DNA of 64,000 nt from Chlamydiales bacterium (GCA_965206695.1 CBDBKM010000011.1:288001-352000); one strand, 5' to 3'. Shown: positions 34,998-46,074, numbered from the stretch's first letter. Numbers and translations: made by a program. Notes: generated by a model from the sequence alone, not told the origin.

Positions 34998-35924
34998 ATG
35001 AATGTGAATATTCGGGATGTACAAGGATATGAACCTTTTACCTTTATAGATCTTTTTGCCGGTATAGGCGGATTTCATTTAGCCTTTCATCAATTAGGGG
35101 CAGAATGTGTTTATGCAAGTGAATGGGATAATAGTGCACGAGAAACATACGAACGTAATTTTAAAAAAATATCACCGTTACTTTTTCAAAAGGATTTATT
35201 CCGAGGAGATATAACATTAGAAGATAATCAAAATGCTATTCCGAAAAATGTGGACATTTTATGTGCGGGGTTTCCATGCCAGCCATTTAGTCAAGCAGGT
35301 TTTAAGAAAGGATTTTCAGAAACGAGGGGTACGCTTTTTTTTGAAATTGCGAAAATCATAAATAATAAGCAGCCAAAGACGATTTTTCTGGAAAATGTTC
35401 GTCATCTTCTTAAACATGATGAGGGTCGCACATTTAAAGTGATTTGTAATATTTTAGAGAATGAATTGAATTATTCAATTTTCTACCGGATTATCAAGGC
35501 ATCAGATTATGGACTCCCTACACATAGGCCCCGTATTTATATTGTCGGTTTTAGAAAAGATTTGCAGATTGACAATTTTGATTTTCCCTCTCCCACACCT
35601 TTAAAGTACACTATGAATGAAATTTTTCAAGGAGATTGTGCTAAGAGAATAGGCTATACCTTGAGAGTAGGGGGACGAAGATCAGGTATCAATGACAGAA
35701 GAAATTGGGATGCTTATTTGGTAGATGGGGAAGTTCGTTTTATCACTTTAGAAGAGGCTAAGCAAATGATGGGACTTCCCGATGATTTTGTATTTTCCGT
35801 ATCCGATGCACAAGCATTTAAGCAGTTAGGTAATAGTGTGGCAATAGATCCGGTAAGAATGACGGGAGAAGCTATTTTAGATTGTTTGATAGGAAGGGAA
35901 AGCTATGCAGAAAAGTGCAAATAA
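34998..35924 (+). CDS. DNA (cytosine-5)-methyltransferase
   Basis: FAGIGG, GFPCQPFS, ENV, R.R.Y and KQLGNSV motifs. Confidence 0.96.
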   Translation: MNVNIRDVQGYEPFTFIDLFAGIGGFHLAFHQLGAECVYASEWDNSARETYERNFKKISPLLFQKDLFRGDITLEDNQNAIPKNVDILCAGFPCQPFSQAGFKKGFSETRGTLFFEIAKIINNKQPKTIFLENVRHLLKHDEGRTFKVICNILENELNYSIFYRIIKASDYGLPTHRPRIYIVGFRKDLQIDNFDFPSPTPLKYTMNEIFQGDCAKRIGYTLRVGGRRSGINDRRNWDAYLVDGEVRFITLEEAKQMMGLPDDFVFSVSDAQAFKQLGNSVAIDPVRMTGEAILDCLIGRESYAEKCK

Positions 35925-36972
35925 GGGGGAATGGAGCGAGTTTTATGTTTTTCTTAAAATCTTATCCGATAAAAAATTACATTCTGCAGACGAAACTTTG
36001 ACATTGATCCCTAATTCGTTTTTAAAAGTGCTAAGTATTATTCGTTCTGAAGACAAAAAAGAGCTCATATATGAAATTGACGCAGATAATGATAGAGTAT
36101 TGGTAAAATCAGGCTTAGAGATCTTGGCAAATATTCCGATTTTTCGGATTACCCAAAAGTTATCAAAGATTCTAAAAAACATTGAAAAAGGAGCATCTTC
36201 CGAAAGAACATTTAAAATATCTGATGCTCAAGATGTTATGGAAGAGCTTCACTGTAAAAAAATAAAATCCTCTTCTTCAAAGAAGACGGATATCTCTGTA
36301 AAGATTAAAGAATGTCATACGGGAACTCAGCCGGTGATCGGTTTTAGTATCAAATCCAAGCTAGGATCCATGTCAACGTTGCTTAACGCTTCAGGTGCAA
36401 CAAATTTTGAGTTTGAGATTATAGATTCTGTTATTGAGAAAGCTCAATATGGGAAACAACCGAAGGTTAATTTAAAACAGATACTTGCCGACCATAAAAG
36501 TTTGAAATTTGTATGTGTATTGAACAAAAATTTTAAAAAAAACTTAATGATGATCGATTCTCGAATGCCTGAGATTGTTGCTGAAATGGTAAAAGCTTAT
36601 TATCTGGGGTTTCATACAACGGTAAAAGAATTGACAATGCATGTCCAAAAAAATGACCCTTTGGGTATAAAAGATTCTCAGCATTTTTATGCACATAATG
36701 TCCAAGAGTTGTTAAGTTCTGTTGCATTTGGTATGCAACCTTCGAAATCTTGGAACGGTTCTTATGAGATTCATGGGGGATATATTGTAGTTAAAAAAGG
36801 CGGAGAGCTGGCTTGCTATCATGTTTACAATCGTGATAAATTTCGCAAGTTCCTCTTTGTGAATACAAAGTTTGAAACACCGAGTACGACAAGACATAAA
36901 TTCGGTAAAGTTTATGAGTGTGATGGTCGGAAGTATATTCAATTGAATTTACAAATACGTTTTAAGGATTAA
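35905..36972 (+). CDS. HpaII-family type II restriction endonuclease (predicted CCGG)
   Basis: N-terminal NKGEWSEFY, K.DI...GFSIKS.LG..STLLNAS, C-terminal LNLQIRF; overlaps the methyltransferase stop. Confidence 0.85.
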   Translation: MQKSANKGEWSEFYVFLKILSDKKLHSADETLTLIPNSFLKVLSIIRSEDKKELIYEIDADNDRVLVKSGLEILANIPIFRITQKLSKILKNIEKGASSERTFKISDAQDVMEELHCKKIKSSSSKKTDISVKIKECHTGTQPVIGFSIKSKLGSMSTLLNASGATNFEFEIIDSVIEKAQYGKQPKVNLKQILADHKSLKFVCVLNKNFKKNLMMIDSRMPEIVAEMVKAYYLGFHTTVKELTMHVQKNDPLGIKDSQHFYAHNVQELLSSVAFGMQPSKSWNGSYEIHGGYIVVKKGGELACYHVYNRDKFRKFLFVNTKFETPSTTRHKFGKVYECDGRKYIQLNLQIRFKD

Positions 36973-36983
36973 TTACTATAGCA

Positions 36984-37151
36984 AAACCTCTGCATAACTG
37001 ATTTTCGGCAACAATTCTTGGCGCCTATGCGATGCTTTGCACCCATAATAAAAAAACTGCTTATTATAAAACTTATCAAAATAAATGAAAAATACGTTTA
37101 GACAATTAGTGAGTTTTAAAAAATATTATCAAGTCAGTGATGCAGAGGTCT
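36984..37151. mobile_element. MITE family 1, copy 2, between the endonuclease gene and vsr
   Basis: Same TIRs and body as 27541, opposite orientation. Confidence 0.85.
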
Positions 37152-37155
37152 TATA

Positions 37156-37584
37156 GTGGTTGATAAATTCGATAAAAAAACTCGAAGTCGGGTTATGGCC
37201 ACCATTAAAAACAAAAATACAAAGCCCGAAGTAAATGTAAGGAAGGCTTTGTTTGCCGAAGGTCTGCGTTATAGACTACATAGCAATAATCTTCCGGGTC
37301 ATCCTGATTTGGTTTTTTCTAAATATAAAGCTGTTATATTTATTCACGGATGTTTTTGGCATTACCATGATTGTAAACACGGAAAATTACCTACAAGCAA
37401 TGTGGCTTTTTGGAAGGAAAAATTGCAGGGTAATGCAAGGCGGGACCATAAAAATATAGTCAAGCTTAAAGAGATGGGATGGAGAGTAAAAATCATTTGG
37501 TTGTGTCAATTGAAGGATAGAAAGCATCTTGATTCACAGGATACTCTATTTGAAATAGTAAGATGGATAAAAAAATACGGATAA
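37156..37584 (+). CDS. vsr: Very short patch repair endonuclease
   Basis: D....RS.VM..I..KNTKPE, LPGHPD, FIHGCFWH.H.C, FW.EK...N..RD. Confidence 0.95.
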   Translation: MVDKFDKKTRSRVMATIKNKNTKPEVNVRKALFAEGLRYRLHSNNLPGHPDLVFSKYKAVIFIHGCFWHYHDCKHGKLPTSNVAFWKEKLQGNARRDHKNIVKLKEMGWRVKIIWLCQLKDRKHLDSQDTLFEIVRWIKKYG

Positions 37585-37885
37585 TAGTAATTTGCTTTTT
37601 CAACTATGAAGTGCAACAAATTTGTACTGCATAGTTGATAAGCTTTTTCCGGTTTTCTTAAAAAACAAATAGTTAAATCTGCATTGAGTGTATGCTCCTC
37701 TTGAGGTACGAGCAGTTTAGGTTCGATATCAATAGCCGCCCGAAAGATACAGCCTTTTACGAGCGCTGTTTGTTTTAAGAGATTGACACGCATCTGTTTG
37801 CTATCAAACACCTATTAATTGTGCAAAACGGTTTAAGGAAACTGCAGCATAGAATAAATCTGTATTGAAATATTTCTCCCTTTTA

Positions 37886-38191
37886 AGACCTCTGCATAAC
37901 TGATTTCTGACAACGATCCTTGGCGCCTATGCGATGCTTTGCACCCATAATAAAAAAACTGTTTATTGGGAGTGTTGCGATTCGGCTAAATTTCCAAGTA
38001 TAGCTATACCTATATTCTGTCAAATTTTCCGGTTTGCAACATCAAGTCGTTATAAACAGCCTCACAACCTCCTAAAAACTTGTTAGATCGAAACAGTCCC
38101 TTATTATAAAACTTATCAAAATAAATGAAAAATAAGTTTAGACAATCAGTGAGTTTTAAAAAATATTATCAAGTCAGTTATACAGAAGTCT
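37886..38191. mobile_element. MITE family 1, copy 3, carrying a nested family-2 MITE (37968-38100)
   Basis: Nested element has TIRs GGGAGTGTTGCGAT/ATCGAAACAGTCCC and a TTATT duplication. Confidence 0.85.
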
Positions 38192-38199
38192 TATAGAAA

Positions 38200-38372
38200 A
38201 ATATTGGGCTTATATATGCACGCCGGTGCGAGCATAACGGATATTCAAGTGGCAGCTTCATGAGCTTTACGGAACAGAGGTGTCAACATCACTGATATCG
38301 CATGTCACGGCCGACCGTGTTGGACGAAATAAAAGCTTGGCAATCAACGGCCTTTAGATCGTGTTTACCCTA
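38200..38372 (+). pseudogene. IS256-family transposase fragment
   Basis: Frameshifted translation resembling LYARG.S..DIQ.QL.ELYGTEVS.SLIS.VT...LDEIKAWQ.RPLD.VYP. Confidence 0.75.
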
Positions 38373-40615
38373 CCTATTGATAACCCGGCGTACCAGCAAA
38401 TCTTTTGGTACACTGAGACGCACCGGGTCCTGTTTTGCAAGATACTCCCCTTGAGTTTCTGCGTGGATCCAATTGTCGGCAAATTTTCTTATTTTAAGTT
38501 CAATTGGTTTAGGGTCATACCAACAATCGTGTGCTCTAAAGATTCTCATTTTTTCGATTGCTTTTCTATATTTATGGCATTCATTAAGTGCCTGTCTTAA
38601 TTGTAATTCATCAGATGCACTTAATTTCAATGAGTCTTTTATAAATTTTTCTAAGTCTTTAAAATAATCCTTCATATTAAACCGGTAATACAAAGCATTA
38701 CTCTTCCGTTCAGAAGTTTTCAATTGATCGTTAAAAGTTTTAATTGTTAACCGGATAGAATGATTTTTATCCGTAAATTTTTTATCAAAAGCCAGACGAG
38801 CAACTTTACCCAATAATTTAATCCTAAGAGGAACTTGTCGAGGTTTTGTTCCGGAAAATAATCTATCTTTAGCTATTGCTTGGCTTAAATATATACAAGA
38901 AAATTCAGGAATTGTTAACTCCTTACTTTTAAACTGCTTATCTGCTTCATTAATTACATAGCATTTTAGATCCTTATACTGACCGGCTGTACTTCCACAC
39001 CCTTTCTTCTCTAAAAATTCATGCTCCTGTGTACTGAGAAAATCTTTTACTTTATTACAAGATTCAGAGGACATATCTTGTGTTGCAATACCTTTGATTC
39101 CTTCTAAGATAGCGCGAGGAAGAGCCCCTACTAACCCATCCCTTCCAAGTCCCCAACAAGACTTATAACTACGTGAACCAAATAAAAGCCTCTTTAATCC
39201 AACACCTAACATAAGCGCTTGCTCTTCCGGTAGTACTTGCGCAACGCTTAGCAAATCTTCTTCTCCAATGCTTTTTTACTTTTTCATTATGAGTGTCTAG
39301 AACTTCCTCTGATACCTTATCTACAGCTAAATCTTTATCAACTATAAAAAACGCCGTGCTATGAGATTTTAAAGGACCATAATTAGCATATTTACCGGAA
39401 GGTTTTAAAGTATAGTGCTGCCCGATTTTATAGCCTTTTCCAACACAATTACTAACATAATCATGAGGTGCATTGAAACATTCGATATGTGGAACGTCTT
39501 TATTTAAGACATATCTTCGTTTAGCTATTAATTCGGTATATTCAGCAATCTTACCTTTAATTGTTTCCATTTGCTGCGTAATGTCACTTGTATTATTAGT
39601 AGTGGATTTAATTAAATTATTGTTAAGTAGTGTTTTTCTTAAAGATTTTAACTTTTTATCTTTTTGTTCTGTTCCTTTTCTAACTCTTTCCCAGCTATTC
39701 CATTTATCCAAAGTGTCTCTATTGACTTCCGGAGAATGAAAGATTTTCGCTTCTTTGACATATTGAGATAAATTGACAGATGTATATAACCCTAAAGCAC
39801 CGCCTAAACTTTGTCCTGCTACTATTGCTTTATTTTTTGGTGTAGTATGGTTTTGTAACCATTCTTGAATACGAGCTTTGTTCTTTTTAAAATGCCCTGC
39901 TGCAATCCCGGCGGTATCTGTATCAATGACAAGCGTGGAACCACTACCTGAAGATGACCACATTTTTTTTAAATGTGTGCCATGAAATAATAGAATGGGA
40001 GTATCTTTTTGATCAATCCCTACCAAACCAAAAGCTTTTACACCTGCTCCACCAAGCCCTTTCCCTATATCTAAAGTTTTATCCAGTTGATAGTAGGTCC
40101 GATACTTCGAATTTTCATCTAATGCCTTATTTGCAAGGATCCTTCTGGGCATAGGTAAAACTAAACTCCCCATAGCATCTTTGTAAACATCCGGCTCTTG
40201 TAGGGACATAAAGAAGGTCAATTGAGAATATGCTTGTCTTTCATATTTTACTATAGACTTTCTCCCTTTCGATTGCTCGCTCCGATTCTGATATCCCCTT
40301 CCTATCTTCTAATTTCTTTAAATCAGCTTGATATTTTGAACAAAAATCTTGTAATGTTTCAATAGTTCTAACGGTATTAGAGATCCTTTCTTGCCTCATT
40401 ACTTCACCATGATGCCAAGATCACAGGCCTAAACGTCCTTTTTGAGCTTTAATTGTTGGGGCAACAGACGCTGCCTCTACTTGAGAGCTCTCTTTAATGA
40501 GAGATTCTGCAACTTTTTCAACTTCTGCTTGAGGTATTTCAATATCAGAAGAGTTTTCTCGACAATAAATGGTTTCCGGCATAAGACTTCCCGGAATAGA
40601 GGAACTTAGAGACAT
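38370..40615 (-). pseudogene. Second, inverted copy of the lipase-motif gene, disrupted
   Basis: Near-identical to 28909-31086; TGG->TGA at 40421, single-base insertions near 40251 and 39208. Confidence 0.9.
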
Positions 40616-40867
40616 TAGCTTTTACCTTGTTAATTAGTTTTTATTGCTTAATAATAATAACTTTATTATATTTAAAAGCTTATTAATTGTTCAGGTGTTT
40701 ATATATCGCGACAACAACAAACTATTCATTAAATAGTTGGTTTGTATAGCAAAATATTTATAATAAGGAAATTAATAATAGGTTTATTTAATTGTTTAAT
40801 ATACATGCTCCAATAAAACTAGTTAATGAAACTGTTAATTACCTACGTTCTTTTGTGATATTTCTTA

Positions 40868-42773
40868 ACCCAAGTTCGATGTAACTAACTCATAATAACA
40901 CTTTCGATATTCAATTAATTATTTGAAAAAGATATAAAAGAAAAAGGCTTCTTCCTTCAGAATAGTTGTTTTTCACGAAACAGGTAAACTTAAAGGAGGA
41001 AGCCATGAAGCTTGAAATATGCGCCATCTATTGTATTTGTGATGACTATTTAAACGAATTAAACACTATATAGTGAATAAACTTTAATTTTTCTTTTATA
41101 TATGTTATTTTTTTGACATGGCATATTCAACTGATTTAAGACAAAAGGCTTTAGCCTATATAGAAGGAGGAGGCTCTCAGGTAGAGGCCGGGCGTATTTT
41201 TGGTGTAACAACACGTACTTTATTGAATTGGATAAATAGAAAAAAAGCAGGTCGTTTAGCTGCCGCGACAACAAGAAAACGCAAACCTTATAAAATTGAC
41301 GGAGATAAACTGAATCATTATATTGAAAAGCATCCTGACAGCTATTTGAGAGAAATAGCTGTTGTTTTCAGTGTATCCGTTAACGCCATATGCAAAGCAT
41401 GTAAGCGCTTAAAGATCACTTTAAAAAAAAGACGCCCTTCTACAGGGAACGGGATGAGAAAAAAAGAGAGGTGTTTCAAAAAGAGTTAAAGCACATCCCT
41501 CCTGAAAATAGAGTCTATATTGATGAAAGCGGTATCAATGAATATCTCGATCGTCAACATGGCAGAGCTTTGAAGGGAAAATTGATTTATGGAGCCGTAT
41601 CAGGTCATCGTTATCAGAGGGAAAGCTTTATAGCAGCAAAAAATGAATCACGTATTTTTGCTCCCTTTTGTTATACCGGTACTTGCAATACGCTATTATT
41701 CAATACATGGCTTGAGCAGGTACTTATTCCTGAATTGAAGCCCGGGCAGGTTGTTATTATGGATAATGTAAGTTTTCACAAGTCTAAGGAAACCATAGAC
41801 ATTATCCAAAGCAAAGGGTGCCGTATTTTATTTCTGCCTCCTTATTCTCCTGATCTAAATCCAATTGAGCAATTTTGGGCAAATTTTAAAAGAAAAATAA
41901 AAGAAACTCTTAAGCTCTATTCAGGGTTAGCAGAAGCTATCGATAGTGCTTTTGTTGAGGTGTGTAATATATGAAATATTAAAGTTTATTCACTATAGCA
42001 TGGCACAATGAAAAAATGAAAGACTCAGAAGTCATGACTTCTTTAATTGTTGCTACTCGGTTTTTTGGAGGCAATACTACTCAAGCCGGAAGCTTCCTGT
42101 TGGAACATGGTTATATGCCTGATATGCTTAGTATTAACCGATTGAACGAAAGAATCCATCAAATACCTTTATCCGTTTGGGAACGTCTTATGCGATTTAT
42201 GAGGCGTTACGCGCCTCTTAAATCGCATCAATGTTTTATCGTGGATTCATTTCCTGTTCAAGTCTGCAAAAACGTTCGTATCCGGCGTTCTAAGCTAATT
42301 AAAGGAAAAGAGTATCATGGCTTTAATGCGAGCAAAAAGAAATATTTTTATGGTTATAAAGCATCATTAATCACTTGTGAGTATGGTACGCCCGTATCTT
42401 TAAATCCGGCTCCTGCCTCTTGGCACGATTTAAAAATTTTAAGGAAAAGTTCTCTCGATCCTCTCCTTAAAAACTCTCAATTAGTGGGAGATGCTGCCTA
42501 TTTAAGGCAGTCACATAAAGCGGAATTAGAACAAGATCAGATTGAACGCATTCCAGAAAAAAGAAACAACTCTAAGGAAAGGCTATTATTTCAGGATTAT
42601 GGAATCCTTAAGAGAGTCGGAAAATCTATAGAAACCTCTATTAGCTTAATCACTCGCCTCATGCCAAGAGCTATCAAAGCCGTTACATCTAGAGGTTTTA
42701 TGATTAAAGTTATAGGTTTTGTCTTGGCCTATGGATTCTCTAAATTAAATATTTAGTTACATCGAACTTGGGT
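40868..42773 (+). mobile_element. IS982-family element interrupted by IS630
   Basis: TIR ACCCAAGTTCGATGTAACTAA, TTCTTA duplication; transposase from 41006 rejoins 42016-42756 in frame; IVDSFP, YFYGYK, GDAAY. Confidence 0.92.
41071..41995 (+). mobile_element. IS630-family element type B (two ORFs, A8 frameshift site)
   Basis: TA-flanked TIR TAGTGAATAAACTTTAAT; MAYSTDLR, YIDESG, LPPYSPDLNPIE. Confidence 0.95.
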
Positions 42774-42899
42774 TTCTTATAAACCAAATATTAATATTTT
42801 AAATTCGGTGAACACCCAATAATTGACCAAGAAAATCTTGTTAAGTACCAAACCCATCTTTCCAAAAAATCTTATTAATCAGATATTCCATTAGTCTTT

Positions 42900-43189
42900 A
42901 GGCACGCAATGCGTTTCACGCACAAGAAGAGCAAAGGTACACCTAATCACTCAAAAAGCAGACAATATTGAAAGGGAATGCTGAAAATTCATCGTAGAAT
43001 ATACAGGTATATGATTGACTATCTTCCCATCTCGGCCTATGATAAGAAAAAGGCCAATGATCGGTTGTAAAATAGCTCCGATGATAATTGGAGCCATATT
43101 AGCAAAAGCAACTGAAGTCCCGGCTATTTTTTTTCAGTGATTTTAACTGATAAAGCATAGAATACAACCATTCCCGTATTAGAAATACC
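42900..43189 (-). pseudogene. C-terminal remnant of an MFS transporter
   Basis: Translation GMVVFYAL...AGTSVAFANMAPIIIGAILQPIIG...NFQHSL with a frameshift and a stop. Confidence 0.65.
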
Positions 43190-43365
43190 TTCGTGTTGGA
43201 GACTTATGATCTTGCCAAACATTGTGTTTGACTCACTGCTCTTTTCCTGTTTCAATATTGTTCCATCTATGCCGTTGGCTTTTTGCCGGGCTTCGGATTA
43301 TGACTTTCGTCTCATAACTCCGTAGGCTAGATTCACCGTTCACGCAACGGCTAAATTAAAAAATC
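43190..43365 (-). ncRNA. TnpB omegaRNA-like structured RNA with no adjacent tnpB
   Basis: Minus strand GCCGTTGCGTGAACGG..AGCCTACGGAG..GAC-GAAA-GTC hairpin..TGAAACAGGAA; TTGACA/TATAGT promoter at 43399-43372. Confidence 0.5.
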
Positions 43366-43640
43366 GAGACTACTATAACATGAGAAGTTACTTTGTCAAA
43401 AGCTCAACAAAATTTTAATATAAGAAAAGAGCGCATAGCTCCAACTAAAGATATATGCCTTCCAAACTCTCTGCCGTCGCAAACGAGTTTGAGGGTCAAC
43501 TGCATCCTTGCAGTCTCCATAGATAAATCTATCTTTTTATTTCGTAAAAAAGAGGCTATTCTTTAAAATACTTGTCTTGTATCAGGTATTACTGTAGTGC
43601 CTGTGGACCGAAAGTCCTAAATTTTTAAATAATCGAATTT

Positions 43641-44087
43641 ATGAATACATTTAATGCATGCCTTCAAAAACAGAAAGTTGTTATTCAGGATTTTTCTTCT
43701 TGTAAGACACCGGAATCCAAATATAAAAAAATTATTGAGCTGGGTAAGCTTCAAAAACCTTTGGATCCTCAATTTAAAATACCGGAAAATCTGGTTCAAG
43801 GGTGTCAAAGCATCATGTATCTACACTCTTTTCTAGAAGATGATCTCATGCATTTTGAAATCGAATCCGATGCTATCATATCTAGTGGGTTAGCTATTTT
43901 GCTCATCTCTGTCTACGATGGAGAAACACCACAAACTATTTTGCAATGCCCCCCTAACTTTCTACAGGAAATTGGAATAATCACGAGTCTCACTCCCGGA
44001 AGAGCTAATGGCTTAGCAAGTGTGCATCTACGCATGAAGCAAGATGCTTTAAAGCTCCTAATGGAAAAAGAAAAACAAAAGGACTAG
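43641..44087 (+). CDS. sufE: SufE-family Fe-S metabolism protein
   Basis: VQGCQS, SDA.I..GL, LTPGRANG. Confidence 0.92.
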   Translation: MNTFNACLQKQKVVIQDFSSCKTPESKYKKIIELGKLQKPLDPQFKIPENLVQGCQSIMYLHSFLEDDLMHFEIESDAIISSGLAILLISVYDGETPQTILQCPPNFLQEIGIITSLTPGRANGLASVHLRMKQDALKLLMEKEKQKD

Positions 44088-44155
44088 GTCTAAAAAAAGA
44101 GAAATTAAATCGCATCACAGTCTCGATAATAATAACCACAAGAGCAAAGAGAAAA

Positions 44156-44524
44156 AGAAAGGTTCTTGAAGGTGATATTGTTGTTCGTTTAAAGGAATTA
44201 TTAGAATTAAAAGCTCTACAACTAAATATAGAGATTCACGAACTGAATATTATGCCTGATCACGTACATATTTTTTTAAATACCAAGCCTATATATTCGC
44301 CACAATTTTTCATAGGACAACTTAAGGGATATACAAGCCGAATATTAAGGCAAGAATTTTCAAGCTTAAGATCCGGGTTACCCACACTGTGGACACGGTC
44401 TTATTATGTTGATAGTGTTGGAAAATTAAATGAATATACAATCAGAAAGTATATACGGAATCAAAAAAACAAATAGACACTTTCATCCCACCCTTAAAAA
44501 GGTGGGTTTTCTCGTTTAATTGTC
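44156..44524 (+). mobile_element. tnpA: IS200/IS605 remnant: 3' part of tnpA plus left-end hairpin
   Basis: Nearly identical to 50940-51307; HVH and YIRNQK motifs. Confidence 0.9.
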
Positions 44525-45032
44525 ATAAAATATAAGAAACAATCATACCCGTAACGAGTAATATGTTAACTCTACCAACAAAATTTGTCTCTAAAAAGAT
44601 AATAAAACCAAATAAAAGCCCAAAAATCGTACATGCCAGAGGTTTTGTAAGAATCGTTGATGTACCGGAATAAGCGGACATGACCAGTGCAGCTCCTCCG
44701 GATATATAAGCCACTAAAGAACTATAACAAATAAATATATACAACAAGATGCTGATATATTTCCCTATCGGACAAAAAAAACGCTTAGACATGCTGATAA
44801 CATGTGAACCTGCTCCCAACCAAAGATTGACCTCCAGAAAAAGAAGTCCCGTAGCCATCATAAAAAGCCAGGCTATAATAAGAACAAGGGTTGAAGGTAA
44901 AAAACCTGAGAGGCCTGTCAACAATGGAAGAGCTAAAATCCCTCCTCCAACACAAGTGCCGGCCACAAGGAAAATAGCGCCTAAAAAATTAGGTATTGAT
45001 ATTTCGGAAGTTCGGAGTATTTGATTCTGCAT
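44523..45032 (-). pseudogene. Aromatic amino acid (TyrP/Mtr-family) permease truncated by the IS605 remnant
   Basis: GAIFLVAGTCVGGGILALP; ORF ends at the IS left end; a hydrophobic tail remains at about 44085-44155. Confidence 0.85.
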
Positions 45033-45090
45033 GAATGTGTTTAATAATTAAAATTTATTTAAAAAACAAGATGGAGCATATTACACTATT

Positions 45091-45522
45091 TTAAGATTTT
45101 TTACAATTCACTGATTTGAACTTATCAGGCGTAGAAACAACTTTTCTTTTTTTATAATCAAAGAAAGCTAACCCTGTTTTTACTCGAGCAATTTCCCTTT
45201 TACTCGCTTTATCAGTAATAGAATAGATAACATCACAACTACATTTAGTTACATCACTTATAACCATATCAATACACAAAATTTCCCCATAAAAAGCTTC
45301 CGATTTATAAACCACTATAGCATCAGTCATAATTAAACCGACTCCATCTATATCCCTCTCATTAAAGCCGAGACTCTTCAACAAGCGAACTCTAGCTTCA
45401 TGAGCTAAACTCAATACCGTATCATTACCTAAATGTCCTCCATAATTTAAATCTGATATTCGGATATTAAGTTCTGTTGTAAAATCGAAAGAATCGGGTA
45501 ATGCGATATTGACTCGGCTCAT
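45091..45522 (-). CDS. Thioesterase (4HBT hotdog family)
   Basis: RISDLNYGGHLGND..L...HEAR. Confidence 0.88.
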   Translation of the reverse strand: MSRVNIALPDSFDFTTELNIRISDLNYGGHLGNDTVLSLAHEARVRLLKSLGFNERDIDGVGLIMTDAIVVYKSEAFYGEILCIDMVISDVTKCSCDVIYSITDKASKREIARVKTGLAFFDYKKRKVVSTPDKFKSVNCKKS

Positions 45523-45540
45523 AAATATACTCTCAAATTT

Positions 45541-46074
45541 TTATACTTTCATTTGGTACCGGTAAACTTTCGTATGATAGATGTCTTTAACTTCATAGAT
45601 ATTTAAAGCCTCCCAACCATCCAAAGCAAACGTATTTGTTAAAATTAAAGTATTAGGAGCTAACTCCTTTATAAATTTTTCTTTAAGCTTTTGCATTGCC
45701 TTAGGATATAAGTAGCATATAACAACACTCGCTTTTTCAAAAGAGTCATCGAAAAAATTTTTTCGTTTTAATAAAAGGTTTTTTCTTTTTTGAAAAAATG
45801 AACGAATGACCAAAGCTACCCAGGGAATCAAAGCGAATTCATAAGCATGTATTTCACATGTAGAGTATTTTTTAGCGAGTGGAAAAGCCAAGGATCCCCA
45901 TCCGGCACCTAATTCAAGGATCTTAATGTTAGACAGAGGAGGTAAATTCGTTAACATCACCTTTTTAACTTTTCCGGAAGTTGGAGTCGGAGAAATCCCT
46001 AATTTAAGAGAATCATAGATAATAAAACCTGTGATAAAGACAAAAAAGATAAAAAAAATAATGAATGTAATCAA
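45541..46074 (-). CDS. Membrane-anchored class I SAM-dependent methyltransferase
   Basis: N-terminal TM segment, ELGAGWG, VICYLYP. Confidence 0.85.
   Translation of the reverse strand: MITFIIFFIFFVFITGFIIYDSLKLGISPTPTSGKVKKVMLTNLPPLSNIKILELGAGWGSLAFPLAKKYSTCEIHAYEFALIPWVALVIRSFFQKRKNLLLKRKNFFDDSFEKASVVICYLYPKAMQKLKEKFIKELAPNTLILTNTFALDGWEALNIYEVKDIYHTKVYRYQMKV

Noticed and set aside
33438..38200. Integrase-type island anchored at tRNA-Ser
   Set aside because: No integrase and no repeat of the tRNA 3' end were found downstream.
43400..43530. Group I intron (IStron) core upstream of the omegaRNA-like sequence
   Set aside because: Only a loose GAGACTG resemblance; no convincing P7 pairing partner.
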